Shown here in pieces: positions 15,788 through 22,362 of a DNA stretch of 58,531 bases. The first letter of the stretch is position 1, and each line of letters begins with the position of its first letter. Source of the DNA: an uncultured Gammaproteobacteria bacterium (GTDB taxonomy: Bacteria; Patescibacteriota; Microgenomatia; Levybacterales; GWA1-39-11); assembly GCA_964448725.1 (NCBI GenBank), contig CAYVAJ010000007.1, positions 1 to 58,531 on the forward strand, in the 5' to 3' direction. A program made the translations under genes and the position numbers. The notes below the pieces were generated by a model. That model was not told the origin of the DNA. It did no database searches and saw only the letters and a program-made list of their open reading frames with translations.

Positions 15788-17540
15788 TTTCGTTTTGGAT
15801 TCTCTCTAAAAATTCAGAGAGCGCAAGACTTCCAAGATCTTTGCCGTCACGGGTTCGGATGCTTACTATCTCTTTTCCCACACTATTACTCTCGGATTCT
15901 TCCTTTCCGCCTATTATACACAGATAAGGCACCTTTTGTAAAGTAGCCTCACGGATTTTTGCTCCTACTGTTTGGTTTGAGTTATCAAGCTCAACACGAA
16001 CTCCAGAAGACTCTATTATTTTATAAATTTTTTGAGCATATTCTTCAACTTTTTCTGAGACAGGCAAGACTGCGACTTGTGTAGGTGCAAGCCAGACAGG
16101 AAATGCACCAACATAGTGTTCGATGAGTATTCCTAAGAACCGTTCAAGTGAGCCATAAATTGCCCGATGAAAAACAACAGGCATTTTTTCTGATCCATCA
16201 GATTCTGTATATTTAAGCTTAAAGTTTTTAGGTTGCTGAAAATCAAGTTGAATTGTTCCTGTTTGCCATTGTCGGCCAATTGCGTCTTGCATGAGAATAT
16301 CTACCTTTGGTCCATAAAATGCTCCTTCTCCTTCGGCTTTAAAGTATTCTTGACCTGATTCTTTGAGGACTGATTCTAATGCTTCTTCTGCCATATCCCA
16401 GTCTTTACTTTCTCCCATAAATTTTTCAGGCCTTGTACCAAATCGTAATGTATAGGAGAGATTAAATGGTGCATACATTGCGTCAATCATCTGCATAATC
16501 TGATCAAATTCATCTTTAATCTGATCTAAAGTAATAAATATATGAGCATCATCCTGCCTGAACTGTCTAGTTCTAAATAGTCCGTTAAGCGTTCCTGAAC
16601 GCTCAAATCGATGTAAAAGACTTGTATCAGCAAGTCTTAAGGGGAGGTCATTATATGATCTGGTTTTTGATTTAAATATAACCATTGCATTTGGACAGTT
16701 CATTGGTTTTATTCCAAATATTTCATCATTACTCTGCTCTTTAGCTGGTATTTGCAGACGGTCCATATCGGCAATGAACATATCATCCTTATAATGTGAC
16801 CAATGTCCAGAGGTTTCATACAACTCTTTTTTATTTAATTGCGGAGTCATTACTTCTTGATAGTCAAATTTGGTATATATTTCTCGAGTAAAGTCATATA
16901 GTATGTTATATAAAACAAGACCTTTTGGAAGCCAATATGTCATACCAGGGGATGTCTCATGAATCATAAATAAATCAAGGTCTTTACCGATTTTTTTGTG
17001 GTCACGTCTTTTTGCTTCTTCTAGCATATGCAGATATGCATCAAGTTCTTCTTGTGTTGGAAAACAAGTGCCGTAAATTCGGGTAAGCATTGGATTTTTT
17101 TCATCTCCGCGCCAATATGCCCCAGCAAGTGATAACAGCTTAAAAGCACCTATATTTTTATTTGGTGTTTCACTATGTCCGCCACGACACAGGTCTTCAA
17201 ACATACCAGCTTTGTAAAATGTGAGTTTTTCACCTCTGTTCTCAATCTCATCAATGAGTTCAAGTTTGAAAGGGTTATCATGGTAATATTCACGTGCCTG
17301 TTCAGCAGATACTTCCCGATGGGAAAATTTATCCCAGTCTTTGAGTGTCTTCTCCATCATTTTTTCAATTTTTGGGAGATCTGATTCTGAGATGGGTTGG
17401 GCGAACTGAAAGTCATAATAGAACCCATGCTCTATTGCTGGTCCAATTGTGAGCTTTGTATCTGGATATAGTCGTAGAACTGCTGCCGCAAGCAAATGCG
17501 CACACGAGTGTCGTAGATTGTTTAATGCTTCATTATTCAT
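15771..17540 (-). CDS. thrS: threonine--tRNA ligase (no N-terminal TGS domain)
   Basis: Editing/second-additional-domain HxxxH (SCAHLLA), class II core, anticodon-binding domain. Confidence 0.9.
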   Translation of the reverse strand: MNNEALNNLRHSCAHLLAAAVLRLYPDTKLTIGPAIEHGFYYDFQFAQPISESDLPKIEKMMEKTLKDWDKFSHREVSAEQAREYYHDNPFKLELIDEIENRGEKLTFYKAGMFEDLCRGGHSETPNKNIGAFKLLSLAGAYWRGDEKNPMLTRIYGTCFPTQEELDAYLHMLEEAKRRDHKKIGKDLDLFMIHETSPGMTYWLPKGLVLYNILYDFTREIYTKFDYQEVMTPQLNKKELYETSGHWSHYKDDMFIADMDRLQIPAKEQSNDEIFGIKPMNCPNAMVIFKSKTRSYNDLPLRLADTSLLHRFERSGTLNGLFRTRQFRQDDAHIFITLDQIKDEFDQIMQMIDAMYAPFNLSYTLRFGTRPEKFMGESKDWDMAEEALESVLKESGQEYFKAEGEGAFYGPKVDILMQDAIGRQWQTGTIQLDFQQPKNFKLKYTESDGSEKMPVVFHRAIYGSLERFLGILIEHYVGAFPVWLAPTQVAVLPVSEKVEEYAQKIYKIIESSGVRVELDNSNQTVGAKIREATLQKVPYLCIIGGKEESESNSVGKEIVSIRTRDGKDLGSLALSEFLERIQNEIEKKI

Positions 17541-17629
17541 ACTTTATACTTATCTCGTACTATATCAGAAAATAGGCTCAATATGAAGTCTTATTCTTAC
17601 AAAAGCATATCTGCAGCTATGCTTTGTTT

Positions 17630-17860
17630 TTACTCCAAATTGGTATCCAATAAAACTACTTCTTCTGATATATCAAGCACTTCATTGCTCGCATATTCTG
17701 GATTTGCTTTGACGAGACTTCCTATTCCAATGTACGGTAACTCATTTACTGATGGGTTTTCTGATTGGTAAGCTCTTTTACTTTCCGCAATTTTTTCTCT
17801 TCGTTCTTCAGTAGTTCCACTAAATATGTAATCAGTTATTAATCTTTCTCGTTCAGACAT
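17630..17860 (-). CDS. orphan 76-aa acidic protein (driven by module M2)
   Basis: AGAAAGGAGGTGA SD. The ATG at 17860 is preferred over the track GTG that lies inside the SD. Confidence 0.5.
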   Translation of the reverse strand: MSERERLITDYIFSGTTEERREKIAESKRAYQSENPSVNELPYIGIGSLVKANPEYASNEVLDISEEVVLLDTNLE

Positions 17861-17924
17861 ATATGTCACCTCCTTTCTTGTTATAACCTTTGGCTATGCT
17901 CAGGGTTATTGGTATTTTGCCAAT

Positions 17925-17947
17925 AAAAAAACCTCCCATGTGGGAGG
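17925..17947 (-). terminator. intrinsic terminator CCTCCC-ACAT-GGGAGG-T7 (M2)
   Basis: 6-bp GC stem plus T7. Confidence 0.7.
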
Positions 17948-17974
17948 TCTGTCAGCACGCAAACAAAAACCTCC

Positions 17975-18019
17975 CTAGGAAGCTTTCATTTGCATCATTA
18001 CGTTAGTTGTTATTATCAT
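17975..18019 (-). CDS. 14-codon leader mini-ORF of M2 (MIITTNVMMQMKAS)
   Basis: ATG 9 nt after TATAAT (18034-18029). The stop TAG (17977-17975) is the loop of the seg1:seg2 hairpin. Confidence 0.4.
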   Translation of the reverse strand: MIITTNVMMQMKAS

Positions 18020-18059
18020 AGTGCAATTATTATATATCAAATCTTTCATTTGTATGCAA

Positions 18060-18332
18060 TTAGCTATTGCGGATTGAGCCTTGTTCATACAGGTAATTTA
18101 AAATATCACTGATAAAATTCCCAACAAACGGTATAACGTCAACGAACTGAGATAAAAGACTTACTAATGAAAGAATTAACGCAATACCAATGATCGATCC
18201 AATTCCCCAAAAAATACCTCCAAGTAAATTGTTTGCGATTATCTCTCCTTTTGATAATTTAGAAGATCTTTCAAATGGTTGAACTGGTGTGGTTGGTGGG
18301 GGTGTTTCTTTGCTTTTCTTAAATTTTGCCAT
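18060..18332 (-). CDS. small membrane protein
   Basis: Start taken at MAKFKKSKETPPP because the longer track ORF runs into the tRNA-Val gene. One TM helix GGIFWGIGSIIGIALILSLVSLL. Confidence 0.5.
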   Translation of the reverse strand: MAKFKKSKETPPPTTPVQPFERSSKLSKGEIIANNLLGGIFWGIGSIIGIALILSLVSLLSQFVDVIPFVGNFISDILNYLYEQGSIRNS

Positions 18333-18397
18333 TGCGTCTACTAGTGTACCATAATTATGTGATTTTGGAACCCCAGATAATGCTGAATAGAGTTTTG

Positions 18398-18469
18398 TGC
18401 GCGCACATGGGTTCGAACCAAGGACCTCTTCGATGTCAACGAAGCACTCTACCACTGAGCTATGCGCGC
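18398..18469 (-). tRNA. tRNA-Val (GAC)
   Basis: Hand-folded cloverleaf: acceptor GCGCGCA/TGCGCGC, anticodon arm CTTCG-TTGACAT-CGAAG, T-loop TTCGAAC (one U-U in the T stem). No encoded CCA. Confidence 0.8.
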
Positions 18470-18479
18470 TAATTTAAAT

Positions 18480-18655
18480 TAATGTGCTCACCACACTTGT
18501 CTGCGGCTTGCCTTGCAAGTGATCTCCCTCACTACGTTCAGTCCGATCCAACTGAGCTATGACTCCAAATAAAGCTGTCTGTTTGATAGTTAGCAGACTT
18601 AAGCTATGACTCCGGAATAATCAAAACCTGACTATGATAGACAAGCTATGACTTG
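18480..18655 (-). repeat. three tandem copies of a tRNA 5'-end-like fragment
   Basis: Minus strand GGAGTCATAGCTCAGTTGGA (18566-18547), GGAGTCATAGCTT (18613-18601), AAGTCATAGCTT (18654-18643). No matching 3' acceptor strand found. Confidence 0.5.
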
Positions 18656-18703
18656 CGAGAGCCTCACAATTATACAAAAGCAGTACGTGTTTGACAATGA
18701 AGA

Positions 18704-18943
18704 TTATCCTTTATGTACCAGATCTTGTATATGTACTATCTGGTTTTCTGATGCACTTACTTCATTAAATGGATTTTCAGGATATTGTACTTCAATGAGA
18801 TCACCATATGAATCAAAAGCATTTTGGATAGCTGCTGTTACGTGCTCAACTTCTTGAACAGAATTCTGCTGGGTATGCTCCAAATCTCTATTACTCCAGT
18901 TGTTATACATATCTTGTATCATTGCTAATTCATGATTTGCCAT
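18704..18943 (-). CDS. orphan 79-aa acidic protein (driven by module M3)
   Basis: AGAAAGGAGGTGA SD 7 nt before ATG 18943. Confidence 0.5.
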   Translation of the reverse strand: MANHELAMIQDMYNNWSNRDLEHTQQNSVQEVEHVTAAIQNAFDSYGDLIEVQYPENPFNEVSASENQIVHIQDLVHKG

Positions 18944-19010
18944 ACTATTTTCACCTCCTTTCTTTTCATAACCCTTCGACTATGCTCAGGGTTATTGGCA
19001 TCTTGCCAAT

Positions 19011-19051
19011 AAAAAAACCTCCTGTTGCCTCGTTGTACGAGGTAAAGGAGG
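19011..19051 (-). terminator. intrinsic terminator CCTCC...GGAGG-T7 with inner hairpin (M3)
   Basis: CCTCC/GGAGG outer stem, inner CCTCG-TACAA-CGAGG, then seven T. Confidence 0.6.
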
Positions 19052-19078
19052 TTGCCAATTCACTGGAACAACACTCCC

Positions 19079-19132
19079 TTAAGGAGTAATAATTCCAAGA
19101 ATAATGTCAAATTGTATATATTGTTTTTTCAT
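19079..19132 (-). CDS. 17-codon leader mini-ORF of M3 (MKKQYIQFDIILGIITP)
   Basis: The stop TAA (19081-19079) is exactly the loop of hairpin ACTCCT-TAA-GGGAGT. Confidence 0.35.
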   Translation of the reverse strand: MKKQYIQFDIILGIITP

Positions 19133-19167
19133 ATGTTGTCTAGCTATATTTTTGTTAGTTTCGAGAT

Positions 19168-19191
19168 GAGGGGCACAGACGTGTGCCCCTC
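19168..19191 (-). terminator. GC-rich hairpin after ORF 19267-19548
   Basis: GAGGGGCAC-6 nt-GTGCCCCTC, a 9-bp stem with no clear T-run. Confidence 0.4.
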
Positions 19192-19266
19192 GTGATAGTA
19201 AGCCGGTCAGCGGTTTTCCAATTTCCTCGCGATTGAGGAGTTGGACAGTCAAGCGCTGTCCCGGAC

Positions 19267-19548
19267 TTAAAATTGTGGTACTTGTGTTTTATCTCCAAAG
19301 CTAGGGCCACGTTTGTTGCCCTGTTTACGCTTTTCTGGGTGCACAAGAGGCCCCCAGGGAGTATCTGAAGGAGGATCTTGAATGTGGGAGTAGCCATCAT
19401 CTGAAACTGCTCCACAATTCTTTTCATCGGGAGCGCTATAATTAGTAGCGCCATCCCATTCGCCCCAATGAGCCTCAAGGATTTCTCGATGAAGCTCTGC
19501 TAACTTGAGTTCCTCTCGGTTCGGTCTGCGTAGTTTACTGGAGTTCAT
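19267..19548 (-). CDS. G+C-rich orphan protein D (93 aa)
   Basis: GAAAGGAAG SD 5 nt before the ATG. 13-nt gap after the upstream ORF. No family recognised. Confidence 0.5.
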   Translation of the reverse strand: MNSSKLRRPNREELKLAELHREILEAHWGEWDGATNYSAPDEKNCGAVSDDGYSHIQDPPSDTPWGPLVHPEKRKQGNKRGPSFGDKTQVPQF

Positions 19549-19560
19549 GATACTTCCTTT

Positions 19561-20163
19561 CTATCCGAAAACATACTCAGATACGGTTGCTCGGATCCCA
19601 CGTCGGCGTGAACGATTCTTTCGTTCCTCCTTGAATTGTCTGACAGGTGTCATATCCCAGTCGTGACCGACCAGTCTATCCCACCTGTTAAGCCATTCTT
19701 GAGCTTGAGCGTTATCCTGTGGCACAGAGCCACACGGAAGTATGCTCTGGTCCTTTTGAAGGACGCGGAGATGAGCGAACCGCAACGTATTGTTGACGAG
19801 AACGCTCATGTCGTGCTTGAGGTGGCGCAGATCGCCTTTCCTCACAAGATGTACCATCGGCGTCTTTAACGCCAGAGGAATGATATCCTTACCGATGAGT
19901 CTGTAAGACTCGATCATAAGGTTCTTTTTGAACCACCTAAACAACTTGCGGTTGCCATCGTAGCCCATGAAGAACAATCCGTCACTTGGAACTTCTTCAG
20001 GATAATCCACTATTTGAACTTTTACGCCTTTTCGTCCTCTTTGAGTTTGGATCGCCATACTGGCTAACTCATCAGAGGAGAGTGCGTAAAGCGTAATGCT
20101 AGGTTGAATGGGAAGTTCCATTTCTTTTATTCCTTGCCGTAAGATTGAATCTATTCCCTTCAC
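19561..20163 (-). CDS. G+C-rich orphan protein C (about 186-200 aa, start uncertain)
   Basis: The track start is GTG 20163. An alternative ATG at 20121 (MELPIQP) has AAGGAA upstream. Basic C-terminal tail KNRSRRRG. Confidence 0.5.
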   Translation of the reverse strand: MKGIDSILRQGIKEMELPIQPSITLYALSSDELASMAIQTQRGRKGVKVQIVDYPEEVPSDGLFFMGYDGNRKLFRWFKKNLMIESYRLIGKDIIPLALKTPMVHLVRKGDLRHLKHDMSVLVNNTLRFAHLRVLQKDQSILPCGSVPQDNAQAQEWLNRWDRLVGHDWDMTPVRQFKEERKNRSRRRGIRATVSEYVFG

Positions 20164-20420
20164 CTCTGTGGTCTATCACACCCTCATGGATGGTGACTCC
20201 TTTCACTTGTACGACTACCACGGTAAAGGGATACTGATGACAAGACATATCACCACTATTCCCTTCACCGTGTGATTAGTACCACGGTGTCTTGTACTGC
20301 ACACAATCGCAGTTGCGCTTTTGCACCATTGATCGTGTTTTCCAAGACGATGTTAATGTACATGCCCCTAAAAAACATCCTTCGGCAATGCTCAGGATTG
20401 TATTTTCTCCTATAAAATAC

Positions 20421-20445
20421 AAAAAAACCTCCCTTTTTGGGGAGG
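20421..20445 (-). terminator. intrinsic terminator CCTCCCC-AAAAA-GGGAGG-T7 (M4)
   Basis: GC stem plus seven T. Confidence 0.7.
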
Positions 20446-20486
20446 TAGTTAGGTATATTCTTTGGGCTATATTGCTCCTCCCACTA

Positions 20487-20543
20487 TTAGACCGCCTCTG
20501 TAAAGAGGACGTTCACAATAATAGGAAGGAGTTGCATACTCAT
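20487..20543 (-). CDS. 18-codon leader mini-ORF of M4 (MSMQLLPIIVNVLFTEAV)
   Basis: ATG 10 nt after the -10, no SD. TAA sits 4 nt before seg2. Same length and same stop context GGTCTAAT as in M6. Confidence 0.5.
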   Translation of the reverse strand: MSMQLLPIIVNVLFTEAV

Positions 20544-20617
20544 ATTAGTAATTATTTTATGCTCATCTGTTTGATTTGTCAACACTGAATTATTTTTTTA
20601 TGATCTTGAGAAAGATT

Positions 20618-20644
20618 GGTTCGGGAGGATAGACCCCCCGAACC
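20618..20644 (-). terminator. 11-bp hairpin after ORF B
   Basis: GGTTCGGGGGG-TCTAT-CCTCCCGAACC (one G-U). Weak T-run. Confidence 0.4.
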
Positions 20645-20691
20645 AAAACGAGAATGCGTGGGCATCAATATTCCGAGCGTACACGGAAATG

Positions 20692-21243
20692 TTACCCCAG
20701 CATCCAGCCAGTGTGCGGACTGAGCAGCCCTCGACTGATTGTGACCGGAGATTTGTATCGATACCGGCGCAGTTTCATGAGTACCTGCTTTAGATCAGGC
20801 GTTTCTTCCCAGTCGACAGAAAGATTTCTCAGGATCTGTACTTCCTTCAGCCATTGTTCATACAGAAGCATGTTTGCTTCCTCTGTGGGCTCACTTGGTC
20901 CCCAGGGGTTCCCTGTATAGTTGCTAACTCGCCATTCTTCGATAGCGACGGCCGCTTCGAGAAGCGGAATATCCAACGAAGCCTCAGCGGATACATAAAT
21001 CCCAAGACGATTAGGTGTCGCAATTGAGTTAGGGCACTCTACTCTGTGTGATGCTGTGCGGATGACAGGAACTTTCTTGTGTTCTGATTCTTGCGGCATT
21101 GCAGTAATTAAGATATCTGTTTCCTCGTGCAGGTCATTGTACTTGTTTGGATAACGCACAATGCATCCTGCGTATTCAAGGATCCTTCCTGCCTCAATCA
21201 CTCGTGGCGGGCTATCAAGATATACACTATATACACACCGCAT
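20692..21243 (-). CDS. G+C-rich orphan protein B (183 aa)
   Basis: AAAGGA SD 8 nt before the ATG. The N-terminus MRCVYSVYLDSPPRVIEAGRILEYAGCIV resembles that of protein A. Confidence 0.55.
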   Translation of the reverse strand: MRCVYSVYLDSPPRVIEAGRILEYAGCIVRYPNKYNDLHEETDILITAMPQESEHKKVPVIRTASHRVECPNSIATPNRLGIYVSAEASLDIPLLEAAVAIEEWRVSNYTGNPWGPSEPTEEANMLLYEQWLKEVQILRNLSVDWEETPDLKQVLMKLRRYRYKSPVTISRGLLSPHTGWMLG

Positions 21244-21405
21244 GATGTGATCCTTTCAGTAAAATCTTTCTCCCCAGATTGGGAGCTAACAAACTCTGAC
21301 GTCTGTCAGAATTTCTCTACTCACAACCTGGTATGTCAAAGAACTACCCATTCGACAACCTGCTTGTAGGCAGGGCTCAGGGTTATGATTCTATTTATAA
21401 GTCAC

Positions 21406-21429
21406 AAAAAAACCTCCCTTTTGGGGAGG
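21406..21429 (-). terminator. intrinsic terminator CCTCCCC-AAAA-GGGAGG-T7 (M5)
   Basis: GC stem plus seven T. Confidence 0.7.
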
Positions 21430-21455
21430 TGCTTTCAGTTAAAAATTATTTTTTA

Positions 21456-21542
21456 CTATACTTTCAGACTATCCCTCCCCACAGCAGTGATATGCCACAT
21501 ACGTGGGAGAGATGTAAGTGTAAAAGAATTGTTTAATTTCAT
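21456..21542 (-). CDS. 28-codon leader mini-ORF of M5 (MKLNNSFTLTSLPRMWHITAVGRDSLKV)
   Basis: ATG 7 nt after the -10 (leaderless). Reads through seg1 and seg2. Stop lies 26 nt before seg3. Confidence 0.45.
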   Translation of the reverse strand: MKLNNSFTLTSLPRMWHITAVGRDSLKV

Positions 21543-21582
21543 ACGGTCTAGTTTAAAGAATATATAGGATTCTGTCAAGGTT

Positions 21583-21616
21583 AAAAGATGCGCGGCGGAT
21601 GGTGATTTCCGCCGCG
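21583..21616 (-). terminator. terminator of ORF A
   Basis: CGCGGCGGA-8 nt-TCCGCCGCG, a 9-bp stem, then CATCTTTT. Sits 5 nt before the M5 -35. Confidence 0.55.
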
Positions 21617-21684
21617 TGTAGTGTGCAATTAGCTCGGTATGAGCATTTGGTCCGACCATGTCGGGAAATACTCCTTGTTCCGAA

Positions 21685-22161
21685 CTAGTAGCCGCTGTAG
21701 AGGCGGACATATCGCACTTTCGGCTTTCCCCTCGCGTCAATGACCGCATAATTGGCCTCTTCGGCCATACGGTTTAATGTTATTTGAATCCTGCGAGGGA
21801 GAGGTTCGTCTATTTTGACAGCAATTTCTTTTGCTGCGTTTACCACAGCAAAGGCAAAGCTGCCTGCGTATTGAGCATTTAAATGCTCACGCATCACTAT
21901 GTGCTGTGAGAACGCTTTTGCCCACCCGGGCATGTGTTCGTCAGATACCCTACGGCGGGTAGTCATGACGTGCCGTTTGTTCCATTGGACTGATCCAAGG
22001 GGAACAAAGATTGCAACATCACCAGGATCTGGATCCATCGCAAAGACGAACCGTTGTGTTTCATGCAGGACTGCTTTCTCTTTCACGAGAAATCCAGCAT
22101 TTCTCAGAGCTTCAGCTGCTTTTGTGCTGGTCGGGCATTCAACATTATAGATGATACGCAT
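21685..22161 (-). CDS. G+C-rich orphan protein A (158 aa)
   Basis: GGAGGTG SD 4 nt before ATG 22161 (the track ORF is 18 codons longer). Line 21901-21960 counts 36/60 G+C. Confidence 0.55.
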   Translation of the reverse strand: MRIIYNVECPTSTKAAEALRNAGFLVKEKAVLHETQRFVFAMDPDPGDVAIFVPLGSVQWNKRHVMTTRRRVSDEHMPGWAKAFSQHIVMREHLNAQYAGSFAFAVVNAAKEIAVKIDEPLPRRIQITLNRMAEEANYAVIDARGKPKVRYVRLYSGY

Positions 22162-22296
22162 GACGCACCTCCATGCTACTTCCACATTGGAAGCACAGAA
22201 CGTTTGACAGTTCAAACGCTCTTCTCTTCCAATGATAATTACTGTTAAAGAACACCCTTCGACAAGCTCAGGGTTATGATTCTATTTATAAGTCAC

Positions 22297-22319
22297 AAAA
22301 AAACCTCCCGTGTGGGAGG
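22297..22319 (-). terminator. intrinsic terminator CCTCCC-ACAC-GGGAGG-T7 (M6)
   Basis: GC stem plus seven T. Confidence 0.7.
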
Positions 22320-22362
22320 TTCCTGAAATTGTATGTAATTTACTTATGACATCTCTCCCACA

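Larger units (their letters stand above)
17861..18059 (-). promoter_or_regulatory. attenuator module M2
   Basis: TTGCAT (18059-18054)-17-TATATA (18036-31), mini-ORF, seg1/seg2 hairpin 17982-17970, terminator 17947-17925, palindrome 17923-17909, GA-hairpin 17909-17883, SD 17879-17867. Confidence 0.65.
18944..19150 (-). promoter_or_regulatory. attenuator module M3
   Basis: Mini-ORF 19132-19079, seg1/seg2 hairpin 19087-19073, branched terminator 19051-19011, palindrome 19009-18995, GA-hairpin 18993-18970, SD 18963-18951. Promoter unclear. Confidence 0.55.
20164..20582 (-). promoter_or_regulatory. attenuator module M4 with long downstream leader
   Basis: TTGACA (20582-77)-17-TAAAAT (20559-54), mini-ORF, seg1 20531-24, seg2 20482-75, terminator 20445-20421, palindrome TGTATTTT-N7-AAAATACA 20421-20399, GA-hairpin 20398-20377, then about 210 nt to the ORF. 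Confidence 0.65.
21244..21578 (-). promoter_or_regulatory. attenuator module M5
   Basis: TTGACA (21578-73)-17-TAAACT (21555-50), mini-ORF, seg1 21512-03, seg2 21482-73, terminator 21429-21406, GA-hairpin with inserted stem 21384-21346. Confidence 0.65.

Noticed and set aside
18333-18455. N-terminal extension of ORF 18060-18455.
   Set aside because: It overlaps the tRNA-Val gene on the same strand. An internal ATG at 18332 gives a plausible small membrane protein.
18480-18655. A CRISPR array.
   Set aside because: There are only three short, degenerate repeats with related spacers, no cas genes, and the repeats match a tRNA 5' end.
20267-20363. A 32-codon ORF (MYINIVLENTINGAKAQLRLCAVQDTVVLITR) in the M4 downstream leader.
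   Set aside because: The AGGGG lies only 1 nt before the ATG, there is no counterpart in M5 or M6, and it is probably a chance frame.
19636-22150. Plus-strand ORFs in the G+C-rich block (19636-19869, 20292-20588, 20654-20920, 21899-22150, and others).
   Set aside because: Antisense ORFs are expected by chance in G+C-rich DNA. They lack SDs and cut across the minus-strand promoter/terminator architecture.
22254-22274. Reading the CUGAGC...CGAAGG hairpin as a hammerhead ribozyme or a kink-turn.
   Set aside because: The hammerhead core needs CUGANGA...GAAA with three stems. Here position 8-9 is not GA and there is no third stem. A canonical k-turn needs a 3-nt bulge before the G.A pairs, and that bulge is absent.
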